Shown here one piece after another: positions 1 to 9,813 of a stretch of DNA of 20,023 nt (the stretch's first letter is position 1; every line of letters begins with the position of its first letter). The DNA is from Octopus sinensis (Eukaryota). A program made the translations under genes and the position numbers. The DNA is taken from positions 1 through 20,023 of the forward strand of contig NW_021824076.1 of the NCBI RefSeq assembly GCF_006345805.1, given 5' to 3'. Under the pieces are notes generated by a model, which ran no database searches, was not told where the DNA came from, and saw only the letters and a program-made list of their open reading frames with translations.

Positions 1-299
1 TTAAATAGCCAAAATGGAAAATATCCATTAATTAAGTTCCGTTAATTGGAAACAAAAATTAATTACTGCTACTGTTTTCTTTTAATCTCCTTAGGGTCAT
101 GATTTTAATTTATTGAAAAATGTTTCGATTCAATGCATTAAGTATACGAGCTTGCATTTAACTGTGTATTGGCCATGCAGAGAGCACCCTTGGGAAATGT
201 TCTATTTAACATTATTTTAATGTGCTTAGTCTATGAATGTCCTTCACACACACATAAAAAATCTATTTATGCTCGTTGTTTTGAGATAGTAGCAACCAT

Positions 300-387
300 T
301 GAATGGAACTGTTTCGCTGATGAGGTTTAATAATGTCAAAACATGTCTAGAATGCTCACAGTAGTTACCACAGATCAGTTCCATTCA
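300..387 (+). ncRNA. Degenerate type-I hammerhead-like motif enclosed by a 12-bp inverted repeat
   Basis: CTGATGA at 317-323, weak stem II, then AAAACATGTC (GAAA mutated to AAAA; palindromic ACATGT stem III; GUC triplet). Flanked by TGAATGGAACTG (300-311) and its exact reverse complement CAGTTCCATTCA (376-387). Confidence 0.4.
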
Positions 388-929
388 CACCGTTCTTAAG
401 CTGACTGTATTAGTTTTCACCCGGATGAAATTGCAGGAATGCTCTCCCTTGTCACTTCTGATGATAATTTTCAGTAACGCTGATAACCTCTCATATCTTC
501 TTATCATTGTCTTCTTGTCAAGGTTATCTTTTGATTTTTCTTCTCTCAGTCATTGCATTGTGGCAATACTGAGGCAAAATTTTAAAATTATATTTTTCAA
601 AAACTGGTTTGGTTTCGTCAGCAATTTGTTTTTTTTTTTTTTTTTTTTATGTGGTGGGCAGCATACAAGATAATTCGAAATTACGAACCGCAGAAGAGTT
701 AATCTCTGCCGCTGCGTCTACAGACGACAGAGAAGATATAGTTCCTTCAAACACTGTAGAATACTTGATTATAACTGCCTTCTTATGTTTAACATCCAAC
801 GCGGAAAAGCAATTAACTCTAGCCAAAAAGAAAGTAAAGAAACTGGAAGGTTAACAGACAACATGAAGGAGCAGACGAACGACATTCCATCACCAGGGTA
901 TCATTCATTTCCTTAACGACAGAACAAAA

Positions 930-1021
930 TAGCTTTGGTGGGATTTGAACTCAGAGCAGTTGCAACAAACAGGGTGAAGTAGTCTTGCTGACGATTTAAT
1001 AAATTTACTGCTTTGCCGCTT
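930..1021 (-). mobile_element. Highly decayed head of the Nin-type SINE
   Basis: GGATTTGAACTCAGAGC is the reverse complement of the B-box region (TTCTGAGTTCAAATT) of the better copies, and the segment ends in TTGCCGCTT, similar to the 5' end seen at 9680-9693. Confidence 0.4.
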
Positions 1022-1119
1022 TGTACGGTGGAATAGTATAGCGTTATGTACAAGCAGATGCTCGTGGGCAGAGCTTATATACGTAACTCCGAATATTTGT
1101 AGGTGAATGTATGTGTTAT

Positions 1120-1183
1120 AGAGAGAGAGAAACAGAAAGAGAGAGAGTGACAGAGAGAGAAGTGGTGAGAAAGAGAGAGAGGT

Positions 1184-1226
<43 letters not shown>

Positions 1227-1452
1227 ATCTAATAACAAATTGGACAGGAGATAGTTTTTTAACATACATCAATATCTGTAGTTCCTTAGAAATATATTTA
1301 CAAAATGCCTGCAAATGCAAAAGAAATAAACACACACAGCTGTAAATATATACACACACACACACACACAACACATATATATATATATATATATATACAT
1401 ACATATATATATACATATATATGTGTGTGTGTGAGTGAGTGTATATATATAT

Positions 1453-1489
<37 letters not shown>

Positions 1490-1677
1490 TTATCAGCAAG
1501 CCTTATTAGAAACAGATGCGCAGTCCCCGACTTCTAATGCAGGAAGTTGTTTAACGAGCTAAAACTTGTGTACAGTTAAGTGTATCGGTTGTGTTTCCTC
1601 ATAATACATTCCCCCTCTTCATCTCCCCCGCCCCCCACCGCCGCCTCTCTCTCCTTATTATGTGTGTGTGTGTGTGG

Positions 1678-1708
<31 letters not shown>

Positions 1709-1709
1709 G

Positions 1710-1740
<31 letters not shown>

Positions 1741-1960
1741 GATATATATATATATATATGTGAGTGTGTGTGTGTGTGTGTATCTATATATACATACGCA
1801 TGTAAATAAATAAATAAATACACACATGCACTCACATATATGAATTGCAAGTATACACGCATACCTCTCAATTACAAATGAGCGCGTGCATGAGCGTACA
1901 AACGCACATATACGTGCACACCCACACGCAAAAGCATGTACACATATAATGTACGTGTCG

Positions 1961-2003
<43 letters not shown>
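1120..2003. repeat. Cluster of (GA)n, (CA)n, (TA)n and (TG)n microsatellites
   Basis: Directly visible. Includes a three-fold higher-order unit (TG)n-GA-(TA)n at about 1659-1760. Confidence 0.95.
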
Positions 2004-2005
<2 letters not shown>

Positions 2006-2229
2006 TTGAAGTGTGTCTTGAAGTTGCAGCCATTATGCATGATTACTAAGGGAGTATGTGTCAGTGATTGCGTAGGTCACGTTGTACGTATTGAAAGGAT
2101 GTATGGATGGATCCGACATTTGCATGATATATGAGCTAGCTTTCTGATAAATTTTGAAACCATAGGATTATTATTTTTGTTATTGTTTCAGACCCCTCCT
2201 GCAAAATTTTAGGTCTTGTGCCTATTATT

Positions 2230-2457
2230 CGTGAACTATATTTGTCACCTAAATGTGGCTGACCCATATAGGACTATGCTACTGTTGTTTATAGCCCCAG
2301 GAAGACATCTCCTCCAGCTGGCTAACGACACACTGTCTGTGTCCGATCAGTTTTTGCGAAGGGAAATCATCCTTCCCATCTCTAGCCTTACGGGATACAC
2401 ACGGACCCGGGTTTATGGATAGTAACCCGTCATCAGTGTGTGAGACATTTAATATTG

Positions 2458-2458
<1 letters not shown>
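2230..2458. mobile_element. Unclassified, hairpin-rich interspersed repeat next to (ATT)n
   Basis: GC-richer complex block that abuts an (ATT)n tract and has several hairpins (GACACA/TGTGTC, GGGAA/TTCCC, CGGGTT/AACCCG). Repeat status rests on recollection of octopus repeats and is not shown within this window. Confidence 0.4.
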
Positions 2459-2509
<51 letters not shown>

Positions 2510-2553
2510 GCATCATCATCATCATCATCATCATCATCATAATCATCATCATT
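2459..2553. repeat. (ATT)n/(CAT)n microsatellite
   Basis: Directly visible. Confidence 0.95.
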
Positions 2554-2729
2554 AGCGATACATATATAGTCAGCCACTAAGGGACATGCCCAACTTTTTT
2601 ATGTCAAGCATCTGACAAGCAAATCTGTGGTATTGAGCAGAATATTTGGTGTGGCCCATCTTTTATACCAAGACAAAACAATGTGCATGATAACACTTCC
2701 AATCAGTTAAGATCAGAAGCTATTGTTTT

Positions 2730-2940
2730 GTGAACTGGCCGAGTGTTTAGTGCGCCGGGCTGAATGCTTAGTGACATTTCGCCTACCTGTACGTTCTGAG
2801 TTCAAATTCTATCGAGGTCGACTGTACCTTTTATTTTTTCGGCGTCGAAAATTAAAGTACCAGATATACACTGGGGTCAAGGTAATCGACTAGTCCCCTC
2901 CCACAAAATTGCAGGCCTTCTGCCTTTATTAGAAAGGATT
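2730..2940 (+). mobile_element. tRNA-derived Nin-domain SINE, near full length
   Basis: Aligns by eye with the 3465 and 13486 copies: B-box GTTCAAATT, GAGGTCGAC, Nin-like core TTTCGGCGTCGAAAATTAAAGTACCAG, CTGGGGTC..AATCGAC, tail CAAAATTGCAGGCCTT..AGAAAG, then an (ATT/ATC)n tail. Confidence 0.8.
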
Positions 2941-3464
2941 ATTATCATTATCATCGTCATCATCATTTTCTTTAATATCAAAATTATTAATATCAAATTC
3001 ATAATCAACATCATCTCCGACTTCATCATCATCCTCATCATCACCATTATAATCAGTATCATTCCTATTATCATTATCGAAGCAGTGATTATTACTTCTG
3101 CTTACTTGGTAGTTTCACAATAACAACTGTCACTCTGTCACGGTGGCTATAATTGCCTGTTTTGTGAGATCAGCGTTAAGATGAAATTATTAGTTACTTC
3201 GATAAGAAAGAATGTCCACAATCTAGAACAGACAGACGGATAGATAGAAAATTAGACAGAGACCGACAGAAATAGATAGACACACAGACAGACAGATAGA
3301 TAGAACATCGCTTGTATGCCAGTCCCAGAATGCTAAGTTACGGATCCTACCGTTATCTATTCTATATTCGAATATATGTTTAAAATCTTAGATATCATAT
3401 GTAAATTACCTTACCTATCGTGCACTGGCAAAAGTTTGGCAGCTACACACACACACGATCACGC

Positions 3465-3677
3465 AAGGCGGCGAGCTGGCAGAAACGTTAGCACGCCGGG
3501 CGAAATGCGTAGCCGTATTTCGTCTGTCGTTACGTTCTGAGTTCAAATTCCGCCGAGGTCGACTTTGCCTTTCATCCTTTCGGGGTTGATTAAATAAGTA
3601 CCAGTTACGCACTGGGGTCGATATAATCGACTTAATCCGTTTGTCTGTGCTTGTTTGTCCTTTCTGTGTTTAGCCCC
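3465..3677 (+). mobile_element. tRNA-derived Nin-domain SINE, well preserved, alternative 3' subfamily, truncated by the next element
   Basis: AAGGCGGCGAGCTGGCAGAAACGTTAG head (A-box-like), GTTCAAATTCC B box, Nin core GCCTTTCATCCTTTCGGGGTTGATTAAATAAGTACCAG and GTCGAT-ATA-ATCGAC hairpin. The 3' part (TTAATCCGTTTGTCTGT...) differs from the other copies. Confidence 0.85.
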
Positions 3678-3878
3678 ACGTGTGTACCGTTGGCGATTTT
3701 TTTTTTCCTCTGTCTTCCCTTCTCTGGATCTTTCCTTTTCCTATGTTTCCTGACGAAGAGCTCCGCTCGAAACGTTTAAACCCTCCTTCTTTCCTCTTTC
3801 CTGAGCGTCCAATAATACTATATGTGTTCCACGTCCTCGCGTTGATGTGTTTTTTGTGCTTTCTTGTTTGGATTAACT
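3676..3878 (+). mobile_element. ~200-bp hammerhead-bearing non-coding repeat (Penelope-like pLTR or retrozyme-like), copy A
   Basis: Reverse complement of 4327-4529 over its whole length with scattered differences. Contains a hammerhead core and ends GGATTAACT directly into (TA)n. Confidence 0.8.
3745..3781 (+). ncRNA. Minimal type-I hammerhead ribozyme motif
   Basis: GTTT(C)-CTGACGA-A-GAGC-TCC-GCTC-GAAA-CGT-T-(T)AAAC. Intact CUGANGA/GAAA core, 4-bp stem II, palindromic ACGT stem III, GUU triplet, and GTTT/AAAC stem I with a C.T mismatch next to the core. Confidence 0.7.
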
Positions 3879-3888
3879 ATATATATAT

Positions 3889-3926
<38 letters not shown>

Positions 3927-4094
3927 GCATATATAAATATGAGAGGTGTTGGTGTTTAGAAGACCCAAAGAGTATCGGGTAACGCTAAGTAAATGCCATA
4001 GACAGACCATGGTTAAACTCTTGGTTCGATAATGATACGAGTGAAGAGTCTGATGTGGGTCCTGCATATATGTATTAAACATACATATATGTAT

Positions 4095-4290
4095 TAGACA
4101 GAATGAGAGAACAAAGCCAAGGCTGGGAGTTTTCAGGACATTTATAATAAAATAGTCTTACAGCTGTTTCTGGTATGTTATGGATATCCCTTCATCAGAG
4201 ACGGTGTGAGAAAATATTTGAGTATGAATTATTGTGGAAAATGAGGAGTTGGGGAATCTAGACGAAAATAAGAGAAAGAAAATAGAAATA
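4095..4290 (-). mobile_element. Second family of hammerhead-bearing short repeat between TA-rich tracts
   Basis: Complex block bounded by TA-rich simple repeats that contains the ribozyme at 4155-4202. No similarity to the flanking arms outside the core. Ends are approximate. Confidence 0.55.
4155..4202 (-). ncRNA. Minimal type-I hammerhead ribozyme motif
   Basis: Minus strand reads GTCT-CTGATGA-AGGGATATCCATAACATACCA-GAAA-CAGCTG-TA-AGAC. Stem I GTCT/AGAC, intact core, palindromic ACAGCTGT stem III, GUA cleavage triplet. Stem II is imperfect. Confidence 0.75.
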
Positions 4291-4326
4291 AGATATATAT
4301 TTATATATATATAGGTATATATATAA

Positions 4327-4534
4327 AGTTAATCCAAACATGAAAGCACAAAAAAAAACACAACAACGTGAGGATGTGGAACAAATATAGTATTATTGGA
4401 CGCTCAGGAAGGAAGGGAAGAAGGAGGGTTTAACGTTTAGAGCGGAGCTCTTCGTCGGAAACATAAGAGAAGGAAAGATCCAGAGAAGGGAAGACAGAGG
4501 AAAAAGAATCGCCAACGGTACACACGCGGTCACA
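4327..4534 (-). mobile_element. ~200-bp hammerhead-bearing repeat, copy B (inverted relative to copy A)
   Basis: Reverse complement of 3676-3878, flanked on both sides by (TA)n. Confidence 0.8.
4428..4462 (-). ncRNA. Mutated hammerhead motif, probably inactive
   Basis: Minus strand reads GTTT-CCGACGA-A-GAGC-TCC-GCTC-TAAA-CGT-T-AAAC. Stems are perfect but the core carries U4>C and G12>U. Confidence 0.65.
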
Positions 4535-5414
4535 TATATATATATATATATATATACATGTAGTTATATGTGTAGATATATATGTATATATATATGTGTG
4601 TTTCTATATATATGTGTGTGTGTGTGCACATATATGTCTGTGTACAGGTGTATGTTTGTGCACACACACAAACACACACAAGCAAACATCTTATTACAAG
4701 CGTTCTATTATTTTGTGAAACAAAGAAAGACCGCTCAAGAAATTGTAGAAGTAGGAAACGAAAATGGTAACATCGGCAGGCAGAACGAAAGAGAACGAAA
4801 TATCATATTATCTGTTTGGGCATTTAAACTGGCCATTGTATGCATGAATATAAATGTGTTTTTCATTTTCATAAGCGGCTGTTTATGATTTATCGGTGCA
4901 GATGTTTTAAACGGCTGCTTCGGGTAGCCATTATGCTTATTGTCATGTTAGCATATTAGCGTGAAGAGAGTTGCTTTAATACATTAATATATCGTTGTAG
5001 TCATTCACACGTTTAATTAATTAAGCTAAAGATGCTTAATTGATGCTTGGAAGGGCAAGACACAACCATAAATATATTTAAATCGTTATTTTACAAGATG
5101 AAATAACAATTTCGCTGACAGATGGCGCTGTAATATTAATTTCTCAGTGAAAGATGAAACAAAACGATTTAATCATGGAACAATTTAATATCTCACCGAA
5201 GTGATACCGTTATATAATTAATTATTCAGGATGTGTGTGCGTGCTTTGCCAGTGTGTGTGTGTGTATGTGTGTGTGTATGTGTGTGTGTGTGTGTGTTTG
5301 TGTGTATCTGCGCATCGGTGTATGTGTCCATGCATATGTATAAAGAAAACGTTTACATGTGTGTGTATATATATATATTTATATACGATAAAGATACACA
5401 TGCATACATACATA

Positions 5415-5640
5415 TATCACGTGATCACGGGACCGACCAGGCTATCAGATATTGTTACACGTAGCTGAACACAATGCGTTTTGCATTGTTTTATCCTCCG
5501 AATGGCGCCGCTCCGCTCGCTGAGCGAGCAGGCCAACATCGCACCCCCACATACACACACACAAAGGGGACTGGAGCAACGTGGAATGAGGTATTTTGCT
5601 GAAGTACACAAAAAGACAGCCTCAATCGATTATCGAACCG
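5415..5640 (-). mobile_element. Probable internally deleted SINE of a third family
   Basis: 5569-5640 on the minus strand resembles a B box (GGTTCGATAATC) followed by a GTGTACTTCAGCAAAATACCTCATTCCACGTTGCTCCAGTCC SINE-body-like segment. 5415-5540 has an ACAATGC/GCATTGT hairpin. Single copy here; family recognised from memory only. Confidence 0.45.
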
Positions 5641-5914
5641 CACTGCATTCCCATCAGAAATGTTTACATCACGTGACCAATCCTAGAGAAAAAAAGTAAC
5701 CAATCAGCTTGTTCCTGTCTTTGGGTAAAACAAAATACAGGCGGGGCAGTTAATTAGGATTTTATTCCACATATTTCTCTCTCAGATTCACACACTTATT
5801 GCAGCGGTCCTTAAGTTTTTCTGAACCCTGTAAAGGAAGTTGGAATGTTAGGACTCTAACTAAGGCTTTTGCGATACCTTCAAAGCCAGGAATAATTGAA
5901 CAATCCCCTCGTAA

Positions 5915-5941
5915 ACACACACGCACACATATACATATATA

Positions 5942-5978
<37 letters not shown>

Positions 5979-6230
5979 TGTGTGTGTGGTGTGTGTGTGT
6001 ACGTGTATATAATAGTGTGTATGTATATGCATGTATTATATTTCATATATATATATATAAGTGTATGCATGTATACATATATATATATATATGTATATAT
6101 GTATATATATATATTATATGTTGTGTGTGTATGTGTGTGTATGTGTATATATACATATGTACCTATATATGTATATATATATTATATATATATATATATA
6201 TAGGTATATATGTATATCTATGTGTATATT

Positions 6231-6269
<39 letters not shown>

Positions 6270-6433
6270 CCATTTTCAAAGGTGTATCCTTTGATCTAGT
6301 TTTATGTTTGATTATATCGTCATTTCTGTCCCTCTAACGAAACCGTCCGTCCGACGACGGGAACGTGAAACTCTGTGTAACAGTTTTTGTGATATTTCTG
6401 CTGCTTGATCCATTCTTGATGCTTTTTTCTTGG

Positions 6434-6478
<45 letters not shown>

Positions 6479-6540
6479 CATACATGCATGCATACATAAC
6501 ACACACTCATACACACATACACGCGCATGCACATATACAC
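5915..6540. repeat. Degenerate (TA)n/(TG)n/(CA)n tracts
   Basis: Directly visible, interrupted by unique sequence at about 6267-6435. Confidence 0.9.
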
Positions 6541-6698
6541 ACGATGGCATCCCACACACTTTCCGTCTATCAAATTCACTCACAACGTATTGGTGGGACC
6601 GGGGCTACAATAGAAGGCATTTGCCCAACGTGCTGCACAGTGGAACTTAACCCGAAATCACGTGTTCGCCAGGCGAACCTCTGATCCACACAGACATG
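6541..6698 (-). mobile_element. Diverged 5' half of the tRNA-derived SINE found at 17053-17560
   Basis: TTTCCGTCTATCAAATTCACTCACAA..GCTACAATAGAAGGCATTTGCCCAA..AGTGGAACTTAACCCG..CCACACAGACA is colinear with 17419-17550. Confidence 0.75.
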
Positions 6699-7130
6699 AG
6701 TGTTATTTAATATACATCGGTGTTTGAATGTTTATTTACATATACGCATTCATACTGTTATTGATAAACATAGCCATGCGCAGGTCTACCATATTTATAT
6801 ATGCATCCGTTATCTTTGCGCACGTCCGTCTGCATATACACATCCGTATGTACGTTGTGCGTATTCGTGTCTGTTCTAAGTATTTGTGTTCCTACGTGTT
6901 TTATCAGCTTTTTATCTTTTCGTATCCATTAAGATTCCGTCTTGCATAACTTTTCTTTATCCCTTTTTTTCTCTTATTTATATTGTTTTTATATTTCCTT
7001 GTTTTCATTGAAGTCTCTATCGGTGTTGATGTGGCCTTGGTGGTGGTGGTCGTCGTGGTGGTGGTTCACCGCTTTCATGCAACGTCCCCTGGCTACACTC
7101 GTCGCCCCTTATACAAAGAATGAAAACACT

Positions 7131-7318
7131 AAGGCGATAGATTGATAGAACCATTACATTGTTACATGCTGAGCATTTGGGTTTTGAGTTCAAATCACGA
7201 CGAGGCCCCTTTTCCCATAGATTTCTCTGCATCGACAAAACCATCTACAAACTAGGGTCGATATAACTACCACAATCCTTCCCCCAAATTTCTGGTCATG
7301 TACCTTTATCTGAGATTA
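7131..7318 (+). mobile_element. Decayed Nin-type SINE
   Basis: AAGGCG start, TTGAGTTCAAATC B box, CTAGGGTCGATATAA, CCCCCAAATTTCTGGTCATGTACCT tail. Confidence 0.6.
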
Positions 7319-7403
7319 TGATTTTTTTTTTTTTGTTTTCTTGTTTGTTTTGTGGGATAGGGTTCATTTTTTCCACGGGGGGGGGGCAGTTTGTTTGTTT
7401 TTT

Positions 7404-7607
7404 GGAATCGGTAGAGCATCATAGACATGTTTTGCGTTATTACTTCTAGCTCTTTACATTCAGGGTTCAAATCTCGTCAATGTCGGTTTTGCATTAGATG
7501 TCATTGGGTCGATAAAAATATAATATCAATCACTATCTGTAGGTAATATAATTGACTTTTTCTTTCTTTTTTTCACCTCCGAATTTCAGGTTTTATGGCT
7601 ATAACAT
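7404..7607 (+). mobile_element. Decayed Nin-type SINE
   Basis: GAATCGGTAG, GGGTTCAAATC B box, GGGTCGATAAAATA core remnant, AATTTCAGGTTTTATGGCTAT tail. Confidence 0.6.
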
Positions 7608-7754
7608 ATCCATTCACTCTTAATACGTTCAAGCAGATTCAAAAGTGAATATCTGGTCACCGATGTTTTACCTCATCGGAGAGCACCTTCTCACTTTAAA
7701 CGATGGGTATTCTTAACACTCTGTTCACCATTGTAAAGAAAGTGAAAACCTCAT

Positions 7755-7793
7755 GGTGTTTCGACCTCGTTGAGTGTCTCATCAGTCAACGTT
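7755..7793 (-). ncRNA. Hammerhead core with intact stem II; stems I and III unresolved
   Basis: Minus strand reads CGTTGA-CTGATGA-GAC-ACTCAACGAG-GTC-GAAA-CACC. No convincing NUH plus stem I partner found nearby. Confidence 0.45.
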
Positions 7794-7934
7794 ACCCCCA
7801 CCGGATCGGGGAATCTCACAAGAGTAGTAATTTTCCATAACCAATTATTTAATGTTATCGATTAATAATGCATCTAAGTTACAGGATGTAAACGGCCATA
7901 GGACAACATATAGGTAAGCAGTGCGCATATTCAA

Positions 7935-8031
7935 ACACAAACACACGCACATATACATAGACATATAGATATATATAATACACATACACGTTTACATATA
8001 TATATATATATGCGCGTGTGTGCATGCATAC

Positions 8032-8091
<60 letters not shown>

Positions 8092-8861
8092 TTATATATA
8101 TATAATATGTACATATGTTTATATACATATATATAACATATATACATATCCGATATATATAATAATATAAATGTATATAAATATAATATATATATACACA
8201 CACACACACTATATATATATTATATGTATATATATATGCGTGTGTATCTATAGAGTATACGTTTACAAAGAATGCATATGATGTATAGATTTACACAAAT
8301 ACGCACACACATATATGTATATATATTCATATATGCATGCTTATATATATATATATACAATTTAAATAAGTATACATATATATGTATGTAAATGCCTGCA
8401 TATGTATATGTATATACATATATGGATATATGCACATCCGTCTATCTATTTATATATGTAAGTATGTATGTATGAATGTATATAAAAATGTGCGTCTCTG
8501 CGTGTGTGCGCGCGTGCGGACGTGTATATTTCAGTTTTGAAATGTTTATATTCTCTTCATGTTATGCGAAAACAAGATAAGGATTTTTGCTGTATAGTTT
8601 CATAGCAGGAGTCACACAGTTAGTGAGTTGCTGGTTCGACTCGTAAGATTATCAGACGTATACAGATATACACATATATACATATGTATATATACCCGAT
8701 GTATATTATATAAATACATTATATATGTATATATAATTATATATATATACAAGCTAATCCACCTATATAATTATATAAATATATCGTTTTTCGTTTTTCT
8801 TGTTTCAGCTCAGAGCTGCAGCCATGTATTTATATTTATATATATATATATTTATATATAT

Positions 8862-8908
<47 letters not shown>
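7935..8908. repeat. Long degenerate (TA)n/(CA)n low-complexity region
   Basis: Directly visible. Confidence 0.9.
8802..8826 (-). mobile_element. Ultra-short 3'-terminal fragment of the CR1-group LINE/SINE tail
   Basis: GTTTCAGCTCAGAGCTGCAGCCATG matches GTTTCAGCTCATGAGCTGTGGCCATG at 13144-13169. Confidence 0.6.
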
Positions 8909-8913
<5 letters not shown>

Positions 8914-9359
8914 TGAGGGAGATAAATTGATATTAATTTTAATATCAATTTAAAACCAGTAGTCCAGCATACAAAAAATCTGAGAAGTCAGAGAAAATTC
9001 TAATATATGTGTATATTGGCAAGGCTTACTGCTAGGAAGTAGGCCGTATGCTAGAAACAGATCATCAACGATCAAACTACAAGGAAATTCTCTAGAAGAA
9101 AAATTCAGCGAACACCAGAACCAAATTTGGCGGGCAGGACAGATGAAAATTTATATATAAAACAGAATTAAATGCATATATATATATATATATAACTAAT
9201 ACATACATATGCACCCTAACACAACTCACACACACACGAAAACACGCAAATACCGCAGACGCACTCTCGCGGTAATCATACTCATATTTATGCGAAGCTT
9301 TTTGAAATTTGAATAATAATGGATTTTTTGTTTTTTTATTTTTTTAGCGAAGCATTGAG

Positions 9360-9495
9360 TGAAGGCCAAAAAATGAAGGGGATCAAAGCGTTTTGTTCAT
9401 ATCCTCACCCCGATTATTTGCTGGTATTTTACTTTATTTCATTGATTCGGCAGGATGAAAATCTAGGTTGCTCCTAAAGAAACGAGATTCGAACC
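9360..9495 (-). mobile_element. Very decayed Nin-type SINE
   Basis: AAGGCCAAAAAAT..ACCCC..CTGGTATTTT..GGATGAAA..GATTCGAAC appear in the order expected for a reverse-strand copy. Confidence 0.4.
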
Positions 9496-9522
9496 ATCAA
9501 AATAAAGAATAGAAGAAATAAA

Positions 9523-9693
9523 GGTTTCACATGTTGGCACAGGGCCAGCAATGTGATGGGATGGTACAAGTCGATCAACTGGTCGAAAAGCAAAGTCGAC
9601 CTGGGCGGAATTTGAACTCAGAACTTCAAGACTGACAATGTGCCGCTGAGCATTTATTCAGTCGTGCTAACGATTCTGCCAGCTCGCCGCCTT
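9523..9693 (-). mobile_element. Nin-type SINE with internal deletion of the core
   Basis: The reverse complement begins AAGGCGGCGAGCTGGCAGAATCGTTAGCACG, has GTTCTGAGTTCAAATTCCGCCCAGGTCGACTTTGC and ends TGCTGGCCCTGTGCCAACATGTGAAACC. Confidence 0.85.
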
Positions 9694-9813
9694 AATCGGA
9701 ACAAATAACGCAATGTGTTTTTTTACAGCTTTGAAGCAATTCTGCCATGATATTTCTGTTTTTATTTTAGAACAAAGGCCAACATTTTTGAAGTGAGGGC
9801 TATTAGTCTATAC

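Noticed and set aside
455-490. CTGATGA at about 458, and CTGACGA at about 988 and 16578
   Set aside because: No stem II plus GAAA downstream; chance heptamers.
425-854. Two short ORFs of 81-82 aa
   Set aside because: Both cross a poly-T run, have no recognisable domain and no supporting splice structure.
2400-2445. Minus-strand CTGATGA followed by a CGGGTT/AACCCG stem as a hammerhead
   Set aside because: The obligatory GAAA is absent (GGTC follows the stem) and there is no stem III.
1075-8909. Numerous YI/CV/HT-repeat ORFs
   Set aside because: Dinucleotide microsatellite translations.
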